Below, in pieces: positions 12,646 through 24,125 of a DNA stretch of 64,000 nt; position 1 is the first letter of the stretch; each line of letters starts with the position of its first letter. Position numbers and translations under genes: made by a program. The DNA comes from Sphaerodactylus townsendi. Taxonomy: Eukaryota. Below the pieces are notes generated by a model. That model was not told the origin of the DNA. It searched no databases and was given only the letters and a program-made list of their open reading frames with translations. The stretch spans positions 34,906,001 through 34,970,000 of the forward strand of contig NC_059435.1 in NCBI RefSeq assembly GCF_021028975.2, given 5' to 3'.

Positions 12646-13183
12646 GGCCGTTTCTGCACGGGCAGAAAATGACGGCCTGGAGACGGTAAAAACACCGTCT
12701 CCAGGCTGCCATTCGCACGGGCAGCGCAGCTGCAGCGCCGCTGCGCCGCCTTCACGCCGGCCTGGCTGGCCGCAAGAGCCGGTGATATTCCTCGAGAATG
12801 CTACAGAAGCGTTCTTTTGGAATCTATACAGCTGCCGTGAAGCCGCTGCCGCAGTGAACGGCAGCTGCTTCACAGGCGCCTCCCGATTCGGCACTCACCT
12901 TGTCCCTGGGCCTCAGGCGCGTCGCTGAGAGCTCACTGGGGACACGCTTCTGCCCTGCAGCCGGGCTCGAGCAGGCGCTGCAGGGGCCAGGGAGATGTGT
13001 CCCCAGGCCTCCGGGCTGACACGCTGGAGAGCCCAGGGACAAGCCGGGTCGCGGCGGGCTCAGCGCCCGCGGCCCGCTGCTGCCCGCCTCTTCCCGGGAC
13101 CGTCCGTGCGGACGGTCCCAGCGTCTTCGGGTCGGCGCAAGAAGCGCCGACCCAGCCGTTTCCGCTGCCATGCGGAAACGGCC
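12646..13183. mobile_element. GC/CpG-rich MITE, PIF/Harbinger-type
   Basis: TIRs ggccgtttctgcacgg / ccatgcggaaacggcc (14/16), 3-bp TTT duplication (12643-45, 13184-86), several internal perfect hairpins. Confidence 0.85.
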
Positions 13184-14090
13184 TTTATAACAAAATTTAA
13201 AACATATCTCTAAGAGCAAAGGGCCATACAAAGCAGACTCAAAGAGGATAATCTCCCATTCAACTGCAAAAGCCATCCTGCAGCCTTGCAAAGCTTTCTG
13301 GAGTCCAAATGAGAAGGCATCTTCCAGACTTTTTTGGATGGACCATTCCACAAAACTGGAGCCACAACCATAGAGGTCCGAGGCTTACAGCAGTTTTAAT
13401 ACATTTGCAGGGGGAGAGAGCAAGGAGAAATTGTTGACAAGCCATGAACTGACACAATGACTTATGCAAGAAGCAGTGGTCCTTGTGGTTTGTATTCCCA
13501 GATCATGAAGCAGCTTGAATGCAACATGGTACAAACAGAACACCTATATCAGGATCTTAAATATGAGTACTATGAACAAAACAACTGACTCCTGATAACA
13601 ATGAAGTGGCTGCATTTTGACCAATTAATGTTTCCAAATCACTCTTCTGATAGCTTGATTATAACAACACTAATTATGTAATGTGACTTAACACATGCTC
13701 AAGTTCAATTACAATCAAGGGCACTTGAAAGTGCCTAACTTTAGCTGGATAGTGCACTTGATACTTACTTTAAAATGTTGAAACATCTCTACATAAACCA
13801 CACATTGTACATAAGTATAAATGTGTAGGATTAAATTACGAATGAATCATAATAGCTCATAAAAGGGCATGTTGAGTACTTTCTCTTTCAATACATGAAA
13901 AATAATATCAGTTTTCTTAGAAACAGATTTTCCTTCCTTCTCTGGTGCGCATTAGGCTAGTCAATTTGATCATAGAAACAGTGTCCTGGACTCCAAGTAA
14001 TGTGCCCACTATGGCTGGCAGATTTATTTTCCCCCCTATAGACAATGAGCACTGTTACTGCTATAAAAAAAATGAGCAATAATTTCCATT

Positions 14091-14300
14091 GCCCTGACTT
14101 GGATAGCCCCAGCCTAGCCTGATCTCATTACATCTCAGAAGCTAAGCAGGGTTGACCCTGACTAGTATTCTAATGGTAGGCCTCCAAGAAATACCAAGGG
14201 CAAGACATGGAGGCAGGCAATGGCAAACTATCTCCAAACAGCTCACCTTGAAAATTCCACCAGAAGTCAACATAAGTCAGCTGTGACTTGTCAGAAAAAA
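14091..14300 (+). mobile_element. 5S rRNA-headed SINE with RTE/Vingi-like tail
   Basis: cctgatctc...atctcagaagctaagcagggttgaccctgactagtatt resembles 5S rRNA; tail ggcaatggcaaac...ccttgaaaa. Confidence 0.75.
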
Positions 14301-14574
14301 ACCCATTTCCCATTCTACCACATTTTTCAGAAAAGGAAATAAATTTGAGAGCAGTTTGAACGAGCCATTTTTAACTTCAATACAATGCTGAACACCAAGC
14401 TGTGATTTTTAAAAACATTTCCAGAAACATGGATGAAATTAATGCTTTCTCTTCTATACCATATATAATTATCATTCATGTGTATATTTTTTAAATTTTA
14501 ATCTTGATAGAATAAGGTAGCAGTGATACTGAAACTCGTAAAAATTATCTGAGCATACTCTAATTTGGGAACAT

Positions 14575-14623
14575 AATGTTCCCGGAGCCCCTCGGGGACA
14601 GGGCGGTATAAAAATCGAAATAA

Positions 14624-14690
<67 letters not shown>
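14575..14690 (+). repeat. L2 3' tip plus (TAAA)n microsatellite
   Basis: cccggagcccctcggggacagggcggtata followed by TAAA repeats. Confidence 0.8.
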
Positions 14691-14701
14691 CAAGGGGATA
14701 C

Positions 14702-14807
14702 CTAAATCAATTTCCTGATAAGAACAGATTAATTCCAATAACTAATAATTATGGATTCTATTTTATGAAACTCTGGGGCATGGTCTTGCGGGTTTTCATT
14801 GATGGAC
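14702..14807 (-). pseudogene. Exon remnant SINENPQDHAPEFHKIESIIISYWN*SVLIRKLI
   Basis: Acceptor tacttaacctatgcag|; resembles GREB1L [21 protein letters not shown]. Confidence 0.5.
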
Positions 14808-14887
14808 CTGCATAGGTTAAGTAGGTAAATGCAAAATGGTTCGTCTGGGGATGATTACCTCCCTATATTTGGGGCAAGTTTTTAGAA

Positions 14888-15359
14888 NNNNNNNNNNNNN
14901 NNNNNNNNNNNNNNNNNNNNNNNNNNNNNNNNNNNNNNNNNNNNNNNNNNNNNNNNNNNNNNNNNNNNNNNNNNNNNNNNNNNNNNNNNNNNNNNNNNNN
15001 NNNNNNNNNNNNNNNNNNNNNNNNNNNNNNNNNNNNNNNNNNNNNNNNNNNNNNNNNNNNNNNNNNNNNNNNNNNNNNNNNNNNNNNNNNNNNNNNNNNN
15101 NNNNNNNNNNNNNNNNNNNNNNNNNNNNNNNNNNNNNNNNNNNNNNNNNNNNNNNNNNNNNNNNNNNNNNNNNNNNNNNNNNNNNNNNNNNNNNNNNNNN
15201 NNNNNNNNNNNNNNNNNNNNNNNNNNNNNNNNNNNNNNNNNNNNNNNNNNNNNNNNNNNNNNNNNNNNNNNNNNNNNNNNNNNNNNNNNNNNNNNNNNNN
15301 NNNNNNNNNNNNNNNNNNNNNNNNNNNNNNNNNNNNNNNNNNNNNNNNNNNNNNNNNNN
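14888..15359. other. Assembly gap
   Basis: Run of N. Confidence 1.
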
Positions 15360-15762
15360 TCCCTGGGCCTGGCTCAGGGTAGCTAACATATATTGTTTAA
15401 ATCATACAATAATATGATAAATCACACAACAGTTAAAGGAGTTGACTATTAGATATAGAAGCTTATTTCTTTTTTTCTGCTTACCACCCATATACTTTGC
15501 AAACTTATTTCTGAAGTTGCATTAATGTGAAAAAAAGTCCTGCAGAACTTGTTGTGAAACGCTGTCAGTTACTTCAGTGTTTTGTAATTGATTATGCAAA
15601 CGTGGTGCCCTGTTTGGTACTCCTCCACATTCTATTTGCCATTACAACAGTCTAGGGAAATGGTCCATATATATCTGTGGGTTAACTACCTTAGCCAGCA
15701 TTATACAAGGTGATATAAGATATAAATCAATATGTGATATGGAAAAATTTAGTGTTGAATAC

Positions 15763-15899
15763 CATCTACATTCTTTGTATGAAAGCATGGGCCCTGTGGC
15801 GGTTCCTGTCCATTTCCTGATCCTCCCATGTTACTGAGAGACCAGAAATGGCCTCTTCTATAGGAGCTACACTCTTTTTGATGTGAATGTGGCAGGTGT
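15763..15899 (-). pseudogene. Exon remnant TCHIHIKKSVAPIEEAISGLSVTWEDQEMDRNRHRAHAFIQRM*M
   Basis: 137 nt, acceptor ttttgttatgtacag|, GT donor; ISGLS...EMDRNR resembles GREB1L IKELSYHNLELERNR (glycosyltransferase region). Confidence 0.55.
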
Positions 15900-16056
15900 C
15901 TGTACATAACAAAATTGGAATGGGAGCATGCTAACACTTGGTTTTTCAGAATGCTTCAATGCTTTCAGATACTCTGTTAGGAATGAACATGCAGCAATAT
16001 CCCTAACTGTACCACAGCAACTAAGCTTTTTATACGCCATACAGATAAGGCAGGCA

Positions 16057-16305
16057 AGAGAACATAAGAATATAAGAACAAGCCTGCTGGATCAGACCAC
16101 AGTCCATCTAGTCCAGCTCTCTGCTACTCGCAGTGGCCCACCAGGTGCCTTTGGGAGCTCACATGCAGGATGTGAAATCAATGGCCTTCTGCTGCTGCTG
16201 CTGCTCACAAGCACCTGTTCTGCTAAGGCATTTACAATCTCAGATCAAGGAGGATCAAGATTGGTAGCCATAGATCGACTTCTCCTCCATAAATCTGTCC
16301 AAGCC
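16057..16305 (-). mobile_element. CR1 3' end
   Basis: aagaacataagaatataagaaca terminal repeats; near-identical antisense copy of the 3' part of 24560-24957. Confidence 0.85.
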
Positions 16306-16823
16306 CTATCCCATGTGACTCCATCCAGCCTACATCCATTGTGTTGAGCTTTCCAAAGTATGCAGAACAACCAAACATGATTATTTCTGTAGCTATGGAC
16401 ATGGGGTAAGGATGTAGGCAGCAGAAAGGAAGTGAATTGTTGGAGCCAAGTACAGGAAGATAAGATTCTCACTGTGTATCAGTAAACACAGTGGTAAATC
16501 CCAATCCACTTGTTTTAAGATAGTAATTTCTCCACTCCAGCCATTACTATTGTTGGCCAAACGCTGTTAACCTAATGTTCCTTGCAGAATTTTGGAGCAA
16601 AACTATGAGGTATCAGAGACAGAGTGCCTTTTAACACCATACATGGGATATGTCAATAATATTTTAATAACCACATCAGCTCACAAGTGGATGCATCAAG
16701 GTGCTTCCAAGTAAGAGTGCGAAGGACGTGGTTTTAATGTTCATTCTCTGTGCTGAGAACAAGTACCTTAGAATGCAGCAAATGAACCACTTCTACCACA
16801 CTTGAAGATGCTTGCCTGTCTTA

Positions 16824-17295
16824 CAGCCCAATCCAAAGTGGGGGTGGGGGTGGGGGGAGTAAAGTAGCAGCTGGGGACAGTGCCGCAACACTGCCTCCAA
16901 AGGGGGAATCAGTAGCACAGGCACCAGAGAAGAGGGAGAAAACACTCACCTCTCTCCTGGTAGCCCATTCTCCTGAACGACCTATGCCATGCTTTTTGCA
17001 TGTGTAAGTCTGTACCACTGGAAGGGGGTATTTCAGGGTGAAAGTGCATTGGGAGCTGACTAAAGTTGGCTCTGTTCCAGGGAGCTCCCCTGGAATGCTG
17101 GTGTGGAGATTTGCACTGGCAGTTTGCTGCCACGAGGCCCAGTCCAGGTTTGGATGCTGTGGTGGTTGCCTGCCAGGATAATTCCCTTGGGGCTGGCATC
17201 CATGATATTTTACACTGTGCTGGTGACAAGGACATTGACACAACCCTTCTGCTGCTTCCAAGGTGGTTTCAGCCCTCCCCTGATTTGGATTGCAC
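16824..17295. mobile_element. MITE with CAGCCCAATCC / GGATTGCAC ends (Harbinger-like)
   Basis: Imperfect TIRs, preceded by TTA; related copies at about 6050-6368, 35899-36310, 37630-37975, 39664-40385. Confidence 0.65.
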
Positions 17296-17869
17296 AATTA
17301 GAACATTACATTTGTCTTCACCCTTAAATGACTTTGTGTTATGGAGATCCGGGTTCAAAACCTTGCTCAGCTCCTTAATTTGAATCAGAGCCGTGTACTA
17401 GACCTTGTTGTGAAATCTGGGCTTCTGTCTTTGCTTATATAACAAAGGAAAGTCACAATGAGCATTTTCAAGCAGAGCAGCTTTCTGTTCACTACTGATT
17501 TACATCTCTAATCTAGGAATTACCTAACAGGTTGATGGTTTTATAAATAAAGAGAAAAATAAAATTATGCAACTGCAGTTTTCCCATCTATTGGGGAAAG
17601 CTGGGATTGCTCACTTGATGGTGATATGATTGTCATCGCCTGCTAAACATTACTTTCTATAAAAATTGGAAACATTCTAAAATATACCTATTCGAATAGT
17701 GCTTGTCTAAATGTCTCTTCAGAAGGCCCCCCCCCTCCTGTTCTTTTGTCTTTCTATCCCTTGAGAGAGCCAATGTTGCTTGTGGCGTAGTAGTTGAAGT
17801 GTCAGATTTGAGACTGGGAAACCCAGTCTGCCAAGGAACTTGATGGGTCACACACACTCAGCCTCAACC

Positions 17870-18015
17870 TTAGCAAGTATTTGCGTGGAAGACCTCCACG
17901 AAATACCAAAGGTGTGACACGGAGACAGGCAATGGCAAACAATTTCTGAATATCTCTTGCTTTGAAAACTGGCATTGAAATCTGACAGGGTAGCCATAAG
18001 TTGTGACTTGTGGCA
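17870..18015 (+). mobile_element. 5S-type SINE 3' part
   Basis: gaaataccaaagg...aggcaatggcaaac...tcttgctttgaaaac, as at 14091. Confidence 0.65.
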
Positions 18016-18214
18016 ACCCCCTCCCCTTAAGTTCAGTTATATCTTTCATCCTTTCCCCCTCCTCCTGCATACCCTGGTCCACCATGGTTACCCTGTTTTA
18101 GAAACAGGATTTTCCTGTGAGGCAGGACTCCATGGAACTTGACCTATAATTCAGCTTGGTGTGGGACTGGATGAGGGGACATATGTTTCTGTGATTCTAT
18201 TCACCAATCAGGGA

Positions 18215-18292
18215 TGCTCTAGGATGATCCAGCATTGAGCAGGGGGCTGAACTAGATAGCTTGTAAGGCCCCTTCTAACTCTATGATTCTAT
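18215..18292 (+). mobile_element. CR1 3' terminus
   Basis: ggccccttctaactctatgattctat. Confidence 0.7.
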
Positions 18293-18360
18293 AACGCTAT
18301 GTTCTGTATCATTCAACTTGCTGGCTTTGTCTTCTCTTGCCAGCATTCATGTTTAAATAC

Positions 18361-18731
18361 CACAAGAGATTTAGGATTGATTTAGACTATGTTGGCTATC
18401 ATGTTATTGTTGCTCTCCAATAAGCATCTGCTTTTTATGAATAGGCAAGTCAAACCCGTAGTAAATGGCTACTTTAACACAACAATAGTGCAATATCCAA
18501 TATATGGATATAGCCCACACTCCAGCCCTTCCCCCATCATGTCAACAATAGCCTCTGGTATCATTATTAGTTTATTTAAAACTTTTTAAAAATGTTGAAA
18601 GCCTGGAAAGAGGCAGCATGGTACTTCTTTTGCTGACTGGGCTACACGTAGAAATTTCAACAGGTTATATTCTGCCACCACTGCACCTCTCCATGTTGGG
18701 AAAGATTCACTTGTTCATTCTCTTTCAGACA
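18361..18731 (-). pseudogene. Exon remnant ...NFYV*PSQQKKY...AFNIFKKF/LNKLIMIPEAIVDMMG...YIGYCTI
   Basis: Shadow ORF 18389-18589; resembles GREB1L YRKYWPNHIMLVLP or IVPENLL...LIGYGTL; abuts the Helitron 5' end. Confidence 0.45.
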
Positions 18732-21306
18732 TCTTCTATATATATAAAAAGCTAACCATCTGTTTGTTGGTGACTCCCTAACGCTGAAACGGCTGGATGG
18801 ATCGCCCCCCAAATTTTCACATGACATCCCTCCCTGTTGCGGGCAGGTAATTGGACCTTCAAATCGCCGAAAGTCCATACCTGAGCCAGGTAAAACATCT
18901 TTTTCCTGACGTACCAGGCCATGAAGCTGGCTGTGTTTAACTGTCACCCTGTAGAATAGTTGCCGTGGCAGCTCCGTCTGCTCTGTGGCTCTAGGAGGCC
19001 TAAGTATGCTCCTTTTAGAGATGTGTTTGTGCAGATGGGCAGAGATGAGGCAGTTACAGGAAAACAGTGCAAATAGTGAATTAATACCTGTTGGAGGTAA
19101 TACGATTGGGAAGTGAAACACATCCATTCACTTTGCCGTGCAGGAGACGCCAGGTGGGGTTCCCCCCTACACACACATGCAGGTAACTTTCACTCTCTGT
19201 GCCTCACCCAATACTACCACACAACACACATACTCTCATACACATCCACATCATCCTCACACACCTCACTCTGCCCTCCCTCACATCTAACCACCACTTA
19301 CCTACTTCCTCATCCATATTCGCCACAGCTCTCTTTCACTAAAAGCAAGCTGGAGTTTGCCTTTTTTGCTTGGCAATAAGAAGGAAATCCAAGAGGGGTG
19401 GGGGCGAACCAACACTACTGGCTCCACTTCTTTTGCATGTGCAGGCTCCTTCCAAGAACCCAGGGAGCTGGCCCCTCAGATCTGAGCGCTCTCTACCTTA
19501 CCCTGCCTCTGCTGCCTGACTGGGATAGCCTGCTTGCCCCAGTTCTGCCTTACCCAAGCCAGGACTGTGCGTGTCAACCACCCTCATGGACAGCGGGATT
19601 CACACTCTGGACAGTTTGTTGTGGAATGGAAAGGGTTACCTTATACTAAAAACCAAGACAGCACCATATGATAATGTGAATTGAAAAGGGGAAGAGGGAT
19701 TCCATTTGACCACCCCAAAAGAAGAAGAAGAGGAAAAGGAAGAGGAAGAAGAAGAGGAGGAGGAGTAGGAGGAGTTGGATTTATATCCCCCCTTTCTCTT
19801 CTGTAGGAGCCTCAAAGGGGCTTACAACCTCCTTGCCCTTCACCCCTCACAACAAACACCCTGAGAGGTGGGTGGGGCTGAGTTAGCTCTGAAAATCTGT
19901 GACTATCCCAAGGTCACACAGCTGATGTGTGTGGGTGTGCACAGGCTAATCTGAATTCCCCAGATAAGCCTCCATAACTCAAGCTGCAGAGCTGGGAATC
20001 AAACCCAGTTTCTCCAGATCAGAGTGTACCTGCTCTAGCCACTATGCCACTGCTGCTCCCAAAAGGCTATGCTGGGGATCATTGGACCTGCATGGACATC
20101 TGTGTGGGTTGCGGACTGTGATGAGAAGGACAATTGCCACAGCAATGAATGGCTGGGCCCTGCTAGTCTTACTATATAATTGAGCAGCATCTTCCAGAGG
20201 ATGAATCAGAAAAAGTGAAGGACTCTGGAAAAAGCAGTCCAGAAGGTGCCATTTCTCATGTGCAGAGGGCCTGAAAGGACTACAGCTCCCAGAATCCTTC
20301 TCATTCATCCAGTAACACTTCTTAAAGCTATGGGGTCCTCGCAGAGCTGTCCTAATCCTTGCCTGATTCAACTTTCCAGTAGGGGTCCTCACACAGCTGT
20401 CCTATTTCTTGCTTAAGCCAACTTTTGAGTAAGTCAGTAGCAAGCCCAGCACCCGAGGCCAAGATTGAACAGGACACCCCCACCCCAGGCTGTTTGGAGG
20501 GAGGGGAAAGGCCTTGCAGTACCTGGAACAGCTCCTGCTGAGATGGTGAGACTGGGGCTGTAGGGACAGAAGCCTCACCATACCCAGCCATCCAGGCAAG
20601 CTACCAAGAATTGGCCTGGGGAGGAAGAGAGGTGGAGTAGGGGCAGAAAGAGAATAAGTGCTGGGAAGAGGCAGAAAGACAAAGAGAGAGCTAAGGTTAA
20701 ATGGCCAAAAAAAGAGAGAATGTAAGCTAGGGCAGAACCATAGAAAATAGAGAGTTGGGGTAGAAAGAGAGAGCTGTAATAAGTGGGCAGAGAGAGGGCT
20801 GAGGCGTGTGTGTGTGTGTGTGTGTGTGTGCGTGCAGAAAGAGAGTTGGGGTAGCAGGGCAGAAAGATAAAGATAGAGAGAACTGGAGTAGCAGGGCAGA
20901 AAGTTAAAAAACAGAGCTGGGGTAGTGTGGCAGAAAGAGAGCTGGGGTAGGGGATCAGAAAGAGAGTTGGGCAGAGATCAGATGATGAAGAGAAGGGGTA
21001 ACAGGATGGAGAGTGAGAGGCAGAGAAGAAGGGGAAAGAACAGAAGAAAAAAGTGGGCGTAATGTTATCTCAAGTCCCCACTTATGAGTTCCCACTTGCT
21101 AGAGCCCACTATATTCTCCCCATCTTCACAAGCACACTGCTTCTCCTCTTTGGCAAAGCTGGGATGTTTGTGGCAGGAAGGGGGGGCACACTTTCAGTGT
21201 TTGTGCCAGGCGTCCTGTAGATATTCCCCATCCCCATCTCTTCTCCTGTGAGGATTAGTTTTCTAGAGCCCACTGTATCTTTTCACACAATGGGCTTTAT
21301 TGCTAA
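18732..21306 (+). mobile_element. Non-autonomous Helitron (rolling-circle element)
   Basis: A|TCTTCTATATATATAAAAA 5' end; 3' hairpin agcccactgt..acaatgggct (21267-21296) then CTAA|T; no TSD; internal purine-rich minisatellite at about 20630-21050. Confidence 0.7.
19720..20059 (-). mobile_element. Squam3-type tRNA/CORE SINE nested in the Helitron
   Basis: (GAA/GAG)n tail, ggatttatatccc..., gggaatcaaaccc (B box, antisense), ccactatgccactgctgctcc head. Confidence 0.9.
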
Positions 21307-21879
21307 TTAATAATAATTAAGAATGAATTAAATTATAATGTCGTAATTGTAACTAGGGAACCAGTGGTAATTCTTTAGCTGTGCTTATATTTGGCGCAAA
21401 GGAAATTGGGAAATTGTTTCCCTCTTATAGTATAGTTCTTGTGTGTCTCCTTAGTTGTTTTTGTTTGTCTTTTTAAAAGTTCTAATAAAATTATATACAA
21501 ATAAAAAAGGAAAACATTAGTCTTATAACTTTAAACCTGTGTGCCATTATTGGGCCACAGAGCTCTTAGCGCACACTATGAATAAATATCCTCCTCCGTT
21601 GGTGACAGCAAGGGTGGGCACTTGTCATGGGCTGCAGCAGCACTGGGTGAGCCCAGACCCAATTCCCTACCCACAGCCTCAAAAATGGAACTGACCTCTG
21701 GGTGGTTAGGGTCTTGGTTTAGGATCTGGAAGACCCAGGTCCAAAATCCCCACCCTGTCCTTAAGCTTTTTGTGTTGCCTGCCCTGAAGGGTTGTTGTGA
21801 GGAGAAAACGGGGGGAGGAAGAACCAGGCCAGCCATCTCGAACTCTTTGAAAGAACAGGACAAACATGTATTAAAATAA

Positions 21880-22114
21880 AGGAAACAAGCCTCGGACTGC
21901 ACGTTAACCAGCTTCGGATTTCGGCAGTTAAAATCAGAGTTCCCCCCACGAGGATGGTAAGGTGCAAACAGTGGCCAACTATTGCGTGACTAAGAGAAGC
22001 GGCAGGGGAGGGGGCACCGCCGCCACGGCTCTGTCAAACAGTCCTGCTCCATTTGTGTCGCTCGCTCGTTCGCTCTTTTCCCCTCCCCGTTCGCCTCCCG
22101 CGCTTCTCTCCCTC

Positions 22115-22148
<34 letters not shown>

Positions 22149-22600
22149 GGGTCATTTCAGGACACGGGCCGCCTCTCGCCCTAGGAAGAGCCGGAGCCTC
22201 CTCGGCGTCTGTCGTTGGTCTCCTCTAGCCGCGTTTGGCAGGTAAGCCCGGCCCCCTTTTGCATTCCCCTCTCGCGAGGTGGGGGGACGGGAGAGCTGCG
22301 GAGGAGGGGGGGGGGGGCTTCGTTCTTGATTTGCAAGCCTTGGAAACAAACCCGTGCCGAGCCCAGAAGGCGAGGGAGCTTGCAAGAGGGCGAGAGAGGG
22401 GGAGGCACGAGGAGACTTTGGAACGCAAGCGGCTGAGAAAGGCGGGTGGATATAAATGGAGTATCTAATTAAAAATATATGGCCTTTTGGCGGGCATGAA
22501 GTGCAACATGGAGAGAAAGGGGAACGCACGCTGGAAACCGGCTGGGATGCGGGAGGGGGCACCGCTCATCCCTTGCACGTGGATCATTAAGAGGGGGTTG
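21880..22600 (+). promoter_or_regulatory. CpG-island promoter and non-coding first exon (ends 22241) of an unidentified plus-strand gene
   Basis: High CpG with no TIRs; (CAGC)n 22116-22148; strong donor cag|gtaagc at 22242. Confidence 0.75.
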
Positions 22601-23386
22601 TTTGGAAAAGGCGGGGAAGAAATTTAGAGCAGGAAGATGAAATATTTACACATACACACAAGTCCTTGGCATTGTTCAATATGATTAGAGTAAATTAGTA
22701 ATGTAATGCGATCGTAACCATGTTTAACCCAGAGCCAGTATTCTCACGTACCCAACAATTCACAGAACCAAGTTCTTTGGAGTAACAGTGTAGGCTTCAG
22801 TTCCAGCCCCCTGGGTTTAAACTGGAGTGGGTTTCCATAGGATTTGATTGCAGATCCCTAGGAAATACGTTTTGGATTTCAGTGTTGGTTTCCCAAGGAA
22901 AGACGATTCTCTGCCCCCTTTTCAGGGGTATTTGGGGTATACCCTGAGATTGGAAGACATCTCCCTACCCAATGCTGAGTATATTTCCTTGGAAATGAAG
23001 CTTGAACAGTTCAGTGGGATTTACAGCCAAATCACCTGTTTCTTTTCTTGAAAGAAGGCACTGTTCAGTTCAGTGCATTCTGTAGATCTGACAAGTAATT
23101 GTGTATAGGATTGCAGCCTTATTTACATGCTACTGGTAGCGTGCATAGAATTGCTCCTGTAGTTTATATGCTGTCAAGTGTGGATTTTGGGAGCGGTAGT
23201 TATTAAGTAAGGGTGTGGTTTGTATATGTGTTTTCCCCAGGATTCAAATTAAAGCTGTTTCATTGCCAAGCCTCCTCAAGATAAGAGAGAATAGAAAACC
23301 ACACCAAAAGAGGTGGAATTGGGGGGAGGGGGTTGATTGCAGTGTGTTTTTATACTGTAGCAATGATGGGGGAGGCCAGACTCCTA

Positions 23387-23618
23387 CCGTGTTTCCCCGA
23401 ATATAAGACAGTGTCTTATATTAATTTTTGCTCCCAAAGATGCGCTATGTCTTATTTTCAGGGGATGTCTTATTTTTCTGTGTTCTGTTTGTCGGGCATG
23501 CTTCCAAACAAAAACTTTGCTACGTCTTACTTTCAGGGGATGCCTTATATTTTGCACTTCAGCAAAACCTCTACTACGTCTTATTTTCCGGGGATGTCTT
23601 ATATTCGGGGAAACAGGG
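23387..23618. mobile_element. Tc1/mariner-superfamily (Tc2/pogo-type) MITE
   Basis: 24-bp TIR ccgtgtttccccgaatataagaca (1 mismatch), TA TSD, repeated internal gtcttattttcaggggatgtcttat-like motif. Confidence 0.9.
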
Positions 23619-24125
23619 TAGTGATATGTGACCATTAACCTGGATGCATCACTTCCAAGATTAGTGTGCCTTAGCAGTAGATAGCATCTGGTCTGTAGAG
23701 CTCAACTCTGGGAAAAGGAAGGTTTAAAAATCTAAACAAATAAAAGAGTTGAAATGTAGGTCACAACACGTTGCTGGTAAAGTGGCTTTGGCCCAAGAGC
23801 CTTGGAAAATCTGACCTAGCACAGCAGATGAGGGGAATCCTCTGAGTTTATTTAGGAGCTGATCTCTGTGTTGTGTGGATGCCAGGGATCTGCGCTGGTG
23901 TATTGCTCTTGCTGCAAAGTAAGCCAGATGCAGCTTTTGCCTGCGGCCATCCCTTCTCTTTTATCTAGATATGTGAGCAGACAAGTCAGATAGCCAAGTG
24001 TGCCAAGACCATGGTCCATGGAGCGATGGGGGCTGTGTATACCTTTCCCTAGCCCTCTTCCATCTAACAGCCAGGAAGCATGGTGGCTGTTCTATTTTGT
24101 GTTTGTGTTCAGTATTCCCACTTAC

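Noticed and set aside
12824-13351. 175-aa minus ORF / CpG island as first coding exon of the minus-strand gene
   Set aside because: The CpG-rich part lies wholly within a TIR- and TSD-bounded MITE, and the rest overlaps an L2 3' fragment. GREB1-like exons continue far upstream of it.
14817-15417. Long ORFs containing X runs (also 54218-55055)
   Set aside because: Artefacts of N gaps.
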